A stretch of DNA of 64,000 nucleotides, taken from IMG/VR virus record IMGVR_UViG_3300020578_000011, one strand, 5' to 3'. The position numbers and the translations under genes were made by a program. The notes beneath the pieces were generated by a model. That model saw only the letters and a list, made by a program, of their open reading frames with translations, was not told the origin of the DNA and made no database searches. Each line of letters starts with the position of its first letter. Positions within the stretch are counted from its first letter, which is position 1. Below, piece by piece: positions 41,331 to 50,994 of the stretch. Source of the DNA: a virus.

Positions 41331-41649
41331 TTTTTCTCCCTGTCTCTACTGTTGAATTCCTCAACGGAGACTCCATGCAAGAAAATTCTTCCACAGAATC
41401 AGGATCACACATCGAGTTGTTGTAAAACAAGTAAGTGTATCTTTTAGAGTTTTTTATTAAACTAAGTTGATATGCTGCTGATATTTTTTCATTATCAAAT
41501 TTAAACTCAAATATAGAAACTTTTTTAAGCGTAGATGCAATTGAGTTATCTACCATTTTTGAATCGTTTTCTATTTGCTGCGCGGATCCGACAAAAAAAG
41601 TCAAAGACGAATCTCTCTCTAATTCGTCTTCTTCATTATTTAAGATCAT
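41323..41649 (-). CDS. Hypothetical protein
   Basis: 108-aa ORF. Confidence 0.5.
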   Translation of the reverse strand: MILNNEEDELERDSSLTFFVGSAQQIENDSKMVDNSIASTLKKVSIFEFKFDNEKISAAYQLSLIKNSKRYTYLFYNNSMCDPDSVEEFSCMESPLRNSTVETGRKNE

Positions 41650-42025
41650 TTAACAACTCCGGAAAATCAGCGCAAGAAATTATGTTTTCTTTATAAAAAG
41701 GAAACTTGTCTATTGCTTTTTTATATGCTTTTTTGTAAAGCCAACAATGATATGGGATGATTATTTTATTTAATAAAGATGCAATACGAACACCTATAAG
41801 AAAATCTATTTTTGTAAGCCATTTAGGATATCTATAATACATATAACCCGGATGAGTTATTGAATGTATGTTGTAAAAACCCAAAGTACAGTAAACACGA
41901 ACCGTTCCATATTTTTCTTTTGCTTGAAAAACATTAACTCGTCCGTATTTTTTTAAATATGTCGCTATCATATGTGCAGCTTCTTCTGCAATACGAGTAT
42001 CTATATCTTCTTCTCTTAGGAACAT
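41636..42025 (-). CDS. Phage protein with Q.KEK(F/Y)G..R.Y motif
   Basis: QAKEKYGTVRVY. Confidence 0.6.
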   Translation of the reverse strand: MFLREEDIDTRIAEEAAHMIATYLKKYGRVNVFQAKEKYGTVRVYCTLGFYNIHSITHPGYMYYRYPKWLTKIDFLIGVRIASLLNKIIIPYHCWLYKKAYKKAIDKFPFYKENIISCADFPELLNDLK

Positions 42026-42026
42026 T

Positions 42027-43058
42027 TTATCCCCTGTTTTCTAATACTTTTACAAATCCCTTCCAAGTGTTTGTACTTACTGCTAAATTCAACCTAATTT
42101 GATTAGGAAATCCGCCGCATTTAGAACCGGGTGTTGATTTTATATTTAATTCGTTTAATTTGTAAAATATAGAATTGTCATCAGTCGACACCCAGGCAAA
42201 CATACCTGGCGCTGCATCATATTGCCATTTATGTAATTTACACATTTCTAATAATTGTTTTTTTCTATATTTTAGAGTTTCTTCTATTTGTTTTAGAGCT
42301 TTTTCCCAATTTTTATTATCTAAAACATTAGACATTATTTCTTCTGTTTTTAATTGAGTATCAAAACCAAGTCCACCAGATTCATATTCCATATAATCGC
42401 ATATTTCGTTATACAAATCTTCATCATCTACAAGTGCCCATCCAAAACGAACACCGCAATGTCCTGTCATTTTTGATAAACTAAAAATCATTGCTTTTTT
42501 AGGAGCTGTTGTTATTTGTTTTAATGCATTTTCATAAGTATCTTTTTCCATATACCATGGCCATAAATATACAGCGTCATACCAATCGCTCGACCTTTCG
42601 CCCGTTTGAAGTTTTCCATCTGGATTATTAGGATATGTTATGAGTTTTGTGTAAAAATCGTTGTTTAAACGATTCGAATCGTTATCAAGATGATTCGAAT
42701 CGTTGTTTAACTGTTCTATAAGCAGTAATTCAGAATTCTTCATCGAGGACATAACTGGAATTCTAAACCAATAAGGGCTTGTTATTTTTACTTTTTTATT
42801 TATGTGAAAAAAACAACTTATTAATTGACTAGCTCCACTGCCTATAACTATTTTGGTAGTGGGTTTTATTAAACCTGGATGAAATTTTTCATGAATTTTG
42901 TATATTGTTTCTACTACAAAAGAAAGTGGACCATTTTTATTATAAGGCATTCCAGACAAAATATCTGACTCTAAGAATGAATCTTGAATATATTTTTCTA
43001 AAATTTCTTTTAAAAGATCTGCGCTACCTACACCCAGGTCGATCATAAATGTCTCCAT
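42027..43058 (-). CDS. PLP-dependent fold-type-I enzyme, alliinase/TAA1 tryptophan aminotransferase-like
   Basis: IVIGSGASQL, PNNPDG, D..Y.WP.Y, FSLSKMTGHCGVRFGWALV.D (PLP Lys), FAW, IRLNL. Confidence 0.8.
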   Translation of the reverse strand: METFMIDLGVGSADLLKEILEKYIQDSFLESDILSGMPYNKNGPLSFVVETIYKIHEKFHPGLIKPTTKIVIGSGASQLISCFFHINKKVKITSPYWFRIPVMSSMKNSELLLIEQLNNDSNHLDNDSNRLNNDFYTKLITYPNNPDGKLQTGERSSDWYDAVYLWPWYMEKDTYENALKQITTAPKKAMIFSLSKMTGHCGVRFGWALVDDEDLYNEICDYMEYESGGLGFDTQLKTEEIMSNVLDNKNWEKALKQIEETLKYRKKQLLEMCKLHKWQYDAAPGMFAWVSTDDNSIFYKLNELNIKSTPGSKCGGFPNQIRLNLAVSTNTWKGFVKVLENRG

Positions 43059-44459
43059 TCATTTTGCACCTTTAGGTATTTGAATAGTGTCGCCCAAACG
43101 AGAAATTGGATGATCAGACGAGCCGCCACGAGAAATTATCCACAAAACTTGCGGAAAATTTTGACCAGGTTTTAACCATTGCTCAAACTTTACGTCGGAA
43201 TAATAACCATCTGTTATTACGATGTTTAAATCTGATTTAGTATTTAACATGTGAGTTAGAGAATCTGACAAACATGTTCCACCCATTTTTACTTCTTTTT
43301 TAAGAGGCTCTCTATCGCCTATTTTATACTTAGATGAAAAATAATTAACATCAGAAAACAAATTTATGGAACAACGTCGATTGCCTACTTTAAGAAATTC
43401 ATCAACTGTGTCTAAAAATTCATTCATTTCTTCTTGCGATATCGAACCAGACGTGTCGATGTACATTGCCAACTTTGGCAAGTCTCCTTCTTTTGTTCCG
43501 GGTGCTTTATTGCCAAATCTACGAGATTTTCTTGCCCATGAATATTTTCTATCAATACCCGTTGCCGATCTCTTAATTGCAGCTAAAATTAATTGACGAT
43601 AATTTAATTCAGCTTTTCTTATTTTAATGTCTTCAAGAAGATCTTTGATACTAGATGGGAGATCGTCCCAGCTCATTGATTGCTTGACCATTGCGCGTTT
43701 TACAAGATCTTCTGTTGCATTTAGCACATCAGATTCTTCTGCATTGGCATGCCATTCATGACTGTCAAATTGCCTAGGCGCATTCTTTGCATCTCCATCT
43801 TGACCATCTTTATTATCTTCATTGTCTTCTTCTTCGTATAGTTCCATTAATTTCTCAAAATAAAACTCCATTGTCTTTCCATTTTGCCATGGAGTTTTTT
43901 TCTTACTTTTTTCATCTTCATCATAAAAATTCGATGGCAACATAGCGTGACCACAGCATAAGTCATTGGAACATTGAGCTCCTTGCTTCATCTCTTCTAA
44001 AGGAGGACATTGTCTACAACCTTGCGGTAGATTTTTAATCAATGTATTAATCGACATGTCGCCTGCGATATTTAACAAGCGTCTTTTATGATCACTTACC
44101 TTCATAAAAGGAACACGAATCAAATGTTTGTGAGTTATGTGACAGATTTCATGAATTAAAACAGCAACTCGCTGCTCAGGCGACAAAGCTTTGCAAAAAA
44201 AACGCGGATTTATAAACATCTCATATCGTGCGTTGTCTGGACTAAAACTAACACCCGCTGTTGGAACCATGTATGAATATTGAATATTCATCAACGAAAG
44301 CATAGCACCGTAAAATGTATGATATTTGTTTACTTCATAAAGTGCGGTTGCTAGACATTGTTTTTTTAGCTCTTCTGATGTGTCATCTTTTGCAACCATA
44401 ACTAAAGCTTTTTTCTTTGTAACGCTATTGTCAGCGGTTGCAACTGCCTGAGTAGACAT
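43059..44459 (-). CDS. Metallopeptidase-like (HEXXH) + VWA-like protein (DUF2201-type), partner of the MoxR AAA
   Basis: VPTAGV, HEICH, NIAGD..IN, IDTSGSIS (MIDAS), GGT, ITDGY. Confidence 0.85.
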   Translation of the reverse strand: MSTQAVATADNSVTKKKALVMVAKDDTSEELKKQCLATALYEVNKYHTFYGAMLSLMNIQYSYMVPTAGVSFSPDNARYEMFINPRFFCKALSPEQRVAVLIHEICHITHKHLIRVPFMKVSDHKRRLLNIAGDMSINTLIKNLPQGCRQCPPLEEMKQGAQCSNDLCCGHAMLPSNFYDEDEKSKKKTPWQNGKTMEFYFEKLMELYEEEDNEDNKDGQDGDAKNAPRQFDSHEWHANAEESDVLNATEDLVKRAMVKQSMSWDDLPSSIKDLLEDIKIRKAELNYRQLILAAIKRSATGIDRKYSWARKSRRFGNKAPGTKEGDLPKLAMYIDTSGSISQEEMNEFLDTVDEFLKVGNRRCSINLFSDVNYFSSKYKIGDREPLKKEVKMGGTCLSDSLTHMLNTKSDLNIVITDGYYSDVKFEQWLKPGQNFPQVLWIISRGGSSDHPISRLGDTIQIPKGAK

Positions 44460-44484
44460 ACATACCTCCATGTTTATTATTTAA

Positions 44485-44494
44485 TAGAATCGGA
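44485..44494 (-). promoter_or_regulatory. TCCGATTCTA motif
   Basis: 25 nt upstream of ATG 44459 (SD GGAGG). Confidence 0.75.
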
Positions 44495-44498
44495 TTTT

Positions 44499-44768
44499 TT
44501 ATTTCTCTGGAAGTCTTCGACTAAGAATCTCTAATACAGAATCTATCATTTTAGATGATGTTGCATCGTTTTTTGATGCATTAATGGTCTCAGCAAGTCT
44601 ATCTGCAAGTATTCCAACCACTTCCTTAGGATGCAAACCGTTTGAAATTGCACCTTTTATTGAGTCATCTACGTTAGATGCAAAACGCCAAGCGACTAAG
44701 GTTTTACGATCAACTGTTCCATCTGGTTTTCTAAGAGGAATCACCTTGCCGTTTTGCTTTTTATCCAT
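44499..44768 (-). CDS. Hypothetical protein
   Basis: 89-aa ORF. Confidence 0.55.
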   Translation of the reverse strand: MDKKQNGKVIPLRKPDGTVDRKTLVAWRFASNVDDSIKGAISNGLHPKEVVGILADRLAETINASKNDATSSKMIDSVLEILSRRLPEK

Positions 44769-45041
44769 TTAAGTTCTTTCTGATTTAGAATCATTTTTTT
44801 TCTTAAGATAACTTCTACTTGGCATAAGTGGCTCAAGGGGTTTTTTAAAAATAGCATACTTTGGATCGTTTTCTTTTTCTTTTTCTATCTCTTGCTCAAC
44901 GACTTTATCTCTATGCTGCGACCAGTGAACAAATTCTTCTGTATCTTCTTGTTTTTTTCTTATTGAATCTTCTAAAAACAAATAATATTCTTCTTGTTCT
45001 ATGCGTTCTGTTTTATGCTTTTTTTTATTTCTAGACCCCAT
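44769..45041 (-). CDS. Hypothetical charged protein
   Basis: SD GGGGAG. Confidence 0.55.
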   Translation of the reverse strand: MGSRNKKKHKTERIEQEEYYLFLEDSIRKKQEDTEEFVHWSQHRDKVVEQEIEKEKENDPKYAIFKKPLEPLMPSRSYLKKKNDSKSERT

Positions 45042-45104
45042 GGAGCACTCCCCTTTTTTACTTGTGGCTAGATATGTCTATCTTATCACAAGCTCGACAG
45101 AGAG

Positions 45105-45347
45105 TTATGTAATTATGCAAGATTTAAAACCTCCTTTAATGACACTGTTTGTGTTTTTGCAAATATTATGTTTTTCTATCTTAATAGTTTTTAATCTTGT
45201 TTTTCTTAATCTCATGTCTATTTTGTCAAAAGTATCAAAATGATTATTGTTTTTCCAATAATAAACTACATTATATTTAATGTTTTCCTCCTCTCCTCCT
45301 TCTTCCTCAATAAGGTCTTCATATACCTCAATCAACTCTTCATTCAT
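45105..45347 (-). CDS. Hypothetical protein
   Basis: SD GGAG; overlaps the thyX stop. Confidence 0.5.
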   Translation of the reverse strand: MNEELIEVYEDLIEEEGGEEENIKYNVVYYWKNNNHFDTFDKIDMRLRKTRLKTIKIEKHNICKNTNSVIKGGFKSCIIT

Positions 45348-46221
45348 TAGAAATCTCCATTAAATTATTTTTAATAAGATCAATGGTTTGAGGTGCTTCT
45401 TCTAATATTTGACGAAACTGTGTCCAGCCTCTAAAGTTTCTAGAAAAATAATCAAGCTCATCTTCAGGTATTGCTATATGCTCAAACGGCGAGGCGTGAA
45501 TTGGTTTTGATTCGCCTAGTTGCAAAAATATTCTAAGGTCATTGTTTAAATCAGATGCTCCACCATCTATCTTGTCATAAGAAACACGCGCACATCTAGC
45601 GACTGATTTTACAATCAAGGACGATAGGAATTTTGGATCGCTGATGTCTCCTGCGTTTTTCTCATCTTCTGTCACAAAAGGCAAATGCATATCATTGTGA
45701 TCTGTTTTTAAAATTGAGCAACTAGAATCTAATTGCTTTTTCATATTTTTAGCAAGCTCAGCCAATTCAGGTTGTGCGTCTTCATGATCTCTTAAAACAA
45801 AAAAATTGTCAAATTCAGTTGCTGTAACAACCATTTTCATGTGTACAAATGGTTCAAGTAATCTATTACAATGTTGTTTATGCACCCCAATGTCTGCCAG
45901 TGCTCTTGCACAGCTTATCATTTCATCTCTTGCCTTTCTCCAAATAATCTTTGCCTGTGCCTCTTGCTCGGGCAATAAATACTCAGATGCCTGCATCCCT
46001 TTTTTATTTTTAGAAAATCTGATTGGAAGCGCTGTGTCTTCTATAATTCTATCTACAAAAGTTTTAAGTGGTATTGCTCTAGAAGACGCAGCATTTCTAG
46101 AAAAAACTCTATGTGTCATTATTTCAGCATGGATAAAACGAGGATATATTAATACAAAGGTTGTTATTCTATTTCCAAAATTATTTATAGAATCTGCTAT
46201 TATTTCTGATTTTATAGTCAT
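45340..46221 (-). CDS. thyX: Flavin-dependent thymidylate synthase (phage type)
   Basis: YPRFIHAE..THRVFSRNAASSRAIP, HKQ..NRLLEPF, LR.H.DAQPE, ARCARVSY, HASPFEH. Confidence 0.9.
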   Translation of the reverse strand: MTIKSEIIADSINNFGNRITTFVLIYPRFIHAEIMTHRVFSRNAASSRAIPLKTFVDRIIEDTALPIRFSKNKKGMQASEYLLPEQEAQAKIIWRKARDEMISCARALADIGVHKQHCNRLLEPFVHMKMVVTATEFDNFFVLRDHEDAQPELAELAKNMKKQLDSSCSILKTDHNDMHLPFVTEDEKNAGDISDPKFLSSLIVKSVARCARVSYDKIDGGASDLNNDLRIFLQLGESKPIHASPFEHIAIPEDELDYFSRNFRGWTQFRQILEEAPQTIDLIKNNLMEISNE

Positions 46222-46244
46222 TTTTTACCTACGTATTTATTCAA

Positions 46245-46922
46245 TTATTCCTCTGACACTTTCTTCATTTGGGCGTCTGCTTTATCTTTTAAATAAAGCC
46301 ATTTTACAACATAAGAAGAGCTTTCAACATTTGTAATATTTTTTAGAGATTTTAATTGTTTAAGTTGATCAGATGCTAATCCGGCATTATAGGCAACAAG
46401 AGCAGCTGCTGTATTTCCATTAAAATTATCAAGCAAAGCTTTAAATCTACATGCACCAACTAATAAATTGATATCTGGATTCTTAAGATCCTCTGGTCGA
46501 ACATCATTCATTCCGCATCGTTCGGCAAATTCTTTTGCATATTTTGGAATTACCTGTGTCAACCCCACGGCTCCTGCGCTTGAGACAGCATCGGTGTTGA
46601 ATTTTGATTCAATAGCTATCATTGTTACAAAATGCTTTTTTTCTTCTAAAGAAGAAAAAATATCATTAGAAACATTTACTATACTTCTTGCGATCACGTT
46701 CTTTTTTGCAAAAGAAGCATTGGTATTTACGATATTCATCATTAATAATACATAATTGCCTAAAACATGATCAGTATTTACTGATTCTTTTGATTGAATT
46801 GATGTTTTTTCAAAATTTACGTCTTTTTTTGGGTTTTCTTTTAAAGGACTTGCCCCTTTTGTTTCGCAAGATAGATTTATCATTGCCATTGATATCAGAA
46901 TTGTTTTTGATAAAAGCTTCAT
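46245..46922 (-). CDS. Lytic transglycosylase (SLT) with lipoprotein-like signal
   Basis: IAIES.F...A.S.AGA.GL.Q, ALVAYNAG; N-terminus MKLLSKTILISMAMINLSC. Confidence 0.85.
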   Translation of the reverse strand: MKLLSKTILISMAMINLSCETKGASPLKENPKKDVNFEKTSIQSKESVNTDHVLGNYVLLMMNIVNTNASFAKKNVIARSIVNVSNDIFSSLEEKKHFVTMIAIESKFNTDAVSSAGAVGLTQVIPKYAKEFAERCGMNDVRPEDLKNPDINLLVGACRFKALLDNFNGNTAAALVAYNAGLASDQLKQLKSLKNITNVESSSYVVKWLYLKDKADAQMKKVSEE

Positions 46923-47301
46923 TTGTCTTGTTCCCCTTTGCATCGCCAAACAGAGAGTCTTCAAATATTTTAGATCTCACATTTGATAAGCTTATTATTT
47001 TTTCAGATTCAATTGAGTTTATATTTATGGTTATTTCTTCTTTTTTATTTTCAGAACCACCATAAGATCTATTTCTATCATCTCTCAAATGAAAACGAAT
47101 TTTAATATTACCTAATTTTTCATAATAAGATCTAGATACTTTTTTAGTTGATAGAAAAATCTTTAATAGACTATCTATTTTTTCAACAAGAATCTTAACA
47201 AGATCGTCTGCATTGGCGTGTTTGTTATATCTTACACGATACTGATCAAGTAAGCGCATATCTAATATAATTTTTACGATATTGTCGCTAACTTGATCCA
47301 T
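46810..47301 (-). CDS. Hypothetical protein
   Basis: 163-aa ORF; 3' end overlaps the SLT gene. Confidence 0.45.
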   Translation of the reverse strand: MDQVSDNIVKIILDMRLLDQYRVRYNKHANADDLVKILVEKIDSLLKIFLSTKKVSRSYYEKLGNIKIRFHLRDDRNRSYGGSENKKEEITININSIESEKIISLSNVRSKIFEDSLFGDAKGNKTNEAFIKNNSDINGNDKSILRNKRGKSFKRKPKKRRKF

Positions 47302-47308
47302 GCGTGTC

Positions 47309-48424
47309 TCACTTTTTTACATTATTAAGTTTAATGTTTTGCTTAAGAATGTTCACAAGATCCGGATGTTTTTTGGAAAAATCTGTAAATGCATCATTGA
47401 TATTTGTCTTTGCAGTTTTAATAATACACTCCTTGATTAAGGTCAATGCTTGATCAGAATTAATTACCTTTGCAACCTCCACCATTACATCTTCGCCGAC
47501 CTGCTCCTCAGAAGGACTTGTACCTCCGTATGCCTTGATGAGAGATTCAACCGTGACAGCAATCATGTCGCCTTGATACTTGTCAGGTTGAGATTGTTGC
47601 TTGAGTTTGTTAAGAGCTTTCTTCTTATCGCTTAAAAGATCTTGAGCTGTTACAGGAGCATCATCGTGTACGAATTTCCAGAATTCAGCACCAGTATCTT
47701 TGCCTAAGATAGACAGGGCGATAGTACGATGTAGGGCTTTATCTTCTAGCGAGCCGGCTTCATGTGCTGCATTCAGCTGAGCCCATGTGCGTGGAGATAC
47801 ATAACGTCCATCTTTGCCAAGAGATGATGCGTCTTTGTATGTCCATGTCCCTGATTTGACAAACATTTGAATCGTATTGCAGAAGCTTTTGTTAGTCATA
47901 TATTCTACAAATGTATTGTGATCATATTCTACGTCAAAAGACACAAAACGATTTCTAAGAGCAGTATCCATTGAATTAACATCATACTCAGCAGATTCCG
48001 GATTAATGCATGCGGCAATAATCCATCCATCTGGAAGACTATAATTATGAATTGTCCTATCTGTAAGAAGCTGCATCATTGTATTCATAATTGCAGTAGT
48101 TCCACGATTAGGCTCCTCAAGGAGAAGAAGGCCTTCTCCCTCTGTTGGCCAAAAGTCGGGAAGATGATGAACAGTTCGTTGACGACCGTATGGATCGACT
48201 TCACTAGAAGGAAAACCAATGATATCAGGGGCTTCCATGTACGCAAGACGAAGATCGATAAAACCAAAAGATGAATTCTTTTTTCGTTTTTGCTCTACCC
48301 ATTGTTGACAAATTTGAGACTTGCCGATGCCTGCTGCACCTGCAAACAATGGATTAAAAATCTGACCTTTTTTACGAGCTTCATATGTAAGATCAAGGAC
48401 TTCTACGATTCTGGATGGTTTCAT
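47309..48424 (-). CDS. MoxR-like AAA+ ATPase
   Basis: GAAGIGKS, IDLRL, LLLEEPNRG, AACINP, ALRNRF, SPRTW. Confidence 0.9.
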   Translation of the reverse strand: MKPSRIVEVLDLTYEARKKGQIFNPLFAGAAGIGKSQICQQWVEQKRKKNSSFGFIDLRLAYMEAPDIIGFPSSEVDPYGRQRTVHHLPDFWPTEGEGLLLLEEPNRGTTAIMNTMMQLLTDRTIHNYSLPDGWIIAACINPESAEYDVNSMDTALRNRFVSFDVEYDHNTFVEYMTNKSFCNTIQMFVKSGTWTYKDASSLGKDGRYVSPRTWAQLNAAHEAGSLEDKALHRTIALSILGKDTGAEFWKFVHDDAPVTAQDLLSDKKKALNKLKQQSQPDKYQGDMIAVTVESLIKAYGGTSPSEEQVGEDVMVEVAKVINSDQALTLIKECIIKTAKTNINDAFTDFSKKHPDLVNILKQNIKLNNVKK

Positions 48425-48446
48425 GTCGCCTCCTTATGTTTTAAAA

Positions 48447-48510
48447 TAGAATCGGATGACATAGCTATAAGAATATTGACATTTCCTCCTTCAATAGAAA
48501 TAGAATCGGA
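48447..48510 (-). promoter_or_regulatory. Tandem TCCGATTCTA motifs (48447-48456, 48501-48510), each followed by AAGGAGG
   Basis: Direct reading of the intergenic region. Confidence 0.75.
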
Positions 48511-48576
48511 TTTACTTTTTTAGTATAACTTAATTTAATTTGCTGCAAATCAACGTAAGCAAACACGGGGATCCTT

Positions 48577-49392
48577 GTGATGAAAAAAGTTATTAGTCTA
48601 TTTAGTACGTTTATTAGTTTAGCTTTTCCGCTTGTTTCAAGTGCTTCCTCGCCACAAGAGGTTCTTGTTCTCGATAAAGATAATCATATTCTTTTAAATG
48701 GAGAAATAAATTCAAAAATGTCAAGTGAGTTTATTTCTCAAATGTTGAAAACAAAATCTGACAATTTAGTTGTGTACATAAATTCTCCCGGTGGCTCTGT
48801 TATCTCTGGTATGAAAATTGTTCAAACTGCAAAAGATATTAAAGCAAATAATAGTAATTTAAAAATAACATGCTATGTTGACTTTGCGGCATCAATGGCT
48901 TTTGTAATAACACAAACAATATGCGATGAGAGAATAGTTGGTGAAACCTCTGTTCTAATGCAGCATCAAGCAACTTTTGGAGTACAAGGAAGAACCGGTG
49001 AAATAGCTGCAAGAACTGGTATGGTTCTTTCTATTTTAGATGTTATGGACTCTGCTCAGGCAAAAAGATTGAAAATCACAAAAGATGAACTTCGTAAAAA
49101 ATCAAAAGACGAATGGTGGCTAGTTGGTAAAAATGCAGTAAAAAACAACGCAGCAGATAAAAAAGGCTCTGTTGTTTGCACTGCGGAATTGGTTGATTTA
49201 ATTAAAAAAGAAACTCTAATAATATTGGGAGCAAAAATAGAATTATCATGGTCTAGTTGTCCGTTGGTTGAATATCCAGTTAAAATTGAAGTAAATAGAA
49301 AAGATATTTCACCAGAAGAAAAAACTAAAATAGAAAACAAAATCTATGAATCTATAGAAAATAGAAAAAAGATATTTACAACAAGTCCTTAA
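48577..49392 (+). CDS. clpP: ClpP-like serine protease with N-terminal signal peptide
   Basis: YINSPGGSV, AASMA (Ser), MQHQ (His), DEWW (Asp); MKK-hydrophobic-SSA leader. Confidence 0.8.
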   Translation: MMKKVISLFSTFISLAFPLVSSASSPQEVLVLDKDNHILLNGEINSKMSSEFISQMLKTKSDNLVVYINSPGGSVISGMKIVQTAKDIKANNSNLKITCYVDFAASMAFVITQTICDERIVGETSVLMQHQATFGVQGRTGEIAARTGMVLSILDVMDSAQAKRLKITKDELRKKSKDEWWLVGKNAVKNNAADKKGSVVCTAELVDLIKKETLIILGAKIELSWSSCPLVEYPVKIEVNRKDISPEEKTKIENKIYESIENRKKIFTTSP

Positions 49393-49667
49393 TTCATAAT
49401 GGCATCGGACGGACGATCTGGATCTCCGTCCATCATTAACTTTTCTACTAGCATAGAAGCCATTACTGATTTTGTTTTGTATCTTTTAGATACATTTATG
49501 TTCAATTCTGCATTGTTATTTGACAGTGATTCATATATTTTTTGTGCAAAATTGGTTATTTCTATCAAGCTTGCTAATTCTTCCGTCGTAAAATAAATCT
49601 CTACAAACCCTCCAGATTCAGAGGCGAATAGAGTTGGACGTTTAACCTTACCTGATAATTCATCCAT
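49389..49667 (-). CDS. Hypothetical protein
   Basis: 92-aa ORF. Confidence 0.5.
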   Translation of the reverse strand: MDELSGKVKRPTLFASESGGFVEIYFTTEELASLIEITNFAQKIYESLSNNNAELNINVSKRYKTKSVMASMLVEKLMMDGDPDRPSDAIMN

Positions 49668-49929
49668 CTATTTTGATTCCTCTTTTTCGAAGTTTTTCTA
49701 GCAAATCATGAGGAAGATTAGAATTATCAACCTTGATAGGTTTTTTCTCTCTTTTTTCCAAAGTAGAAAAATATAATTCACCTTCCGACAGATCCATTAT
49801 ACATCCTACCATGTTTACTAACACTTCTTGCCTGTTCTTTTTAGGTTCTATATATTCCAAGGTTTGTTTCTTGCCACCTCTAGCTAAAAACTGCTCAATC
49901 GTTTCTGCTTCTACAACCTGCTTGTCCAT
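49660..49929 (-). CDS. Hypothetical protein (FLARGG motif)
   Basis: ATG 49929 after GAGGAG. Confidence 0.55.
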   Translation of the reverse strand: MDKQVVEAETIEQFLARGGKKQTLEYIEPKKNRQEVLVNMVGCIMDLSEGELYFSTLEKREKKPIKVDNSNLPHDLLEKLRKRGIKIDG

Positions 49930-49982
49930 ATATTCTCCTCGCATAGGTATAACAATGATGTTGAGATTTAACAGAGGTCGCC

Positions 49983-50747
49983 ATGTCTGATAAAAATAAA
50001 CTTGATGAACTTGTATCTACTGGAATAGATTGGGATAAGCGTAGAATCTATTTTGGAAGTATAGATTCGGGAGAGGATGGTGGTGAATTTTCTTGGCATA
50101 CTGTAGAAAGAGCTATCAGAGCTATTCATAAAATGAGTGAAATAAATATAAATCCGATTGAAATTCACATGAATTCCGAAGGCGGCAATCCATATGACAT
50201 GCTTAGACTCGTTGATGAGATTGAAGCAGCGCCTGTTCAAATAAAATTCATAGGCGGAGGTATGATTGCTAGTTGTGCAACATGGGTTATGGCCGTATGT
50301 GATCATAGGTATCTCCATAAAAACACAACTGTATTGGTTCATGATGGGAATGACGGAATATCTGGAACACATACAGATGGTCAAATTCAAGCACAGCATT
50401 TGAAAAAAATGCAGGATAGACTTTATGATATTTATGAATCAAATTCAAGAATGCCAAAGTCTTTTTGGCAAGATTTATGCCAAAGAGATTTATATTTAAA
50501 GGCAGAAGAAGCTGTTTTATTAGGTTTGGCTGATGAGATTATAGACTCAAGAAAACGTGGTAATGTAAGAAAATCTAGAACAAAAAGACTAAACGGACAA
50601 CCAAACGCAAAAGAAATGCAAGATCTCATAAAAGACCTTTATAAAAGAATAGAAAGAAGTCGAGTACCAAAGCTTGCAATGAATGAAAGTAAAGAAGAAT
50701 TTGATGATTCTTTAACTAATCCTTTTGAGGCTCAAGACAACCAATAG
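49983..50747 (+). CDS. clpP: ClpP-like protease, cytoplasmic
   Basis: RRIYF, MNSEGG, IASCA, LVHD, RDLYL.AEEA..LGLADEI. Confidence 0.85.
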   Translation: MSDKNKLDELVSTGIDWDKRRIYFGSIDSGEDGGEFSWHTVERAIRAIHKMSEININPIEIHMNSEGGNPYDMLRLVDEIEAAPVQIKFIGGGMIASCATWVMAVCDHRYLHKNTTVLVHDGNDGISGTHTDGQIQAQHLKKMQDRLYDIYESNSRMPKSFWQDLCQRDLYLKAEEAVLLGLADEIIDSRKRGNVRKSRTKRLNGQPNAKEMQDLIKDLYKRIERSRVPKLAMNESKEEFDDSLTNPFEAQDNQ

Positions 50748-50994
50748 CTTTGTCATTATTATAAATGTAAATAACAGCAGGTAGTTTTCCACAAACCACC
50801 TCTGTTTTTATATTTTCATAGTTTTCATCTATAAAATTTTTATCATTTTGACTACAAAATTTATAAAATTCATTAATTATCTGCTCTTTGCATGGCAGCA
50901 ATGGTAAGTTACAGTATCCTAGGTTTCCATAATTTCCATAATAACCAGTAGTTAAATCTAATACTTTGTATTTATACATTGTGCCAAATTTCAT
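50716..50994 (-). CDS. Hypothetical protein
   Basis: 92-aa ORF. Confidence 0.5.
   Translation of the reverse strand: MKFGTMYKYKVLDLTTGYYGNYGNLGYCNLPLLPCKEQIINEFYKFCSQNDKNFIDENYENIKTEVVCGKLPAVIYIYNNDKAIGCLEPQKD

Noticed and set aside
42655-42715. Short duplication (LNNDSNHLDNDSNRLNND) in the PLP enzyme
   Set aside because: In-frame loop micro-duplication; resembles the CCGAT motif only superficially
33577-48530. Canonical sigma28 -35 (TAAA) upstream of the CCGAT motifs
   Set aside because: Present at roughly the right spacing only at 33591; absent at most other copies checked
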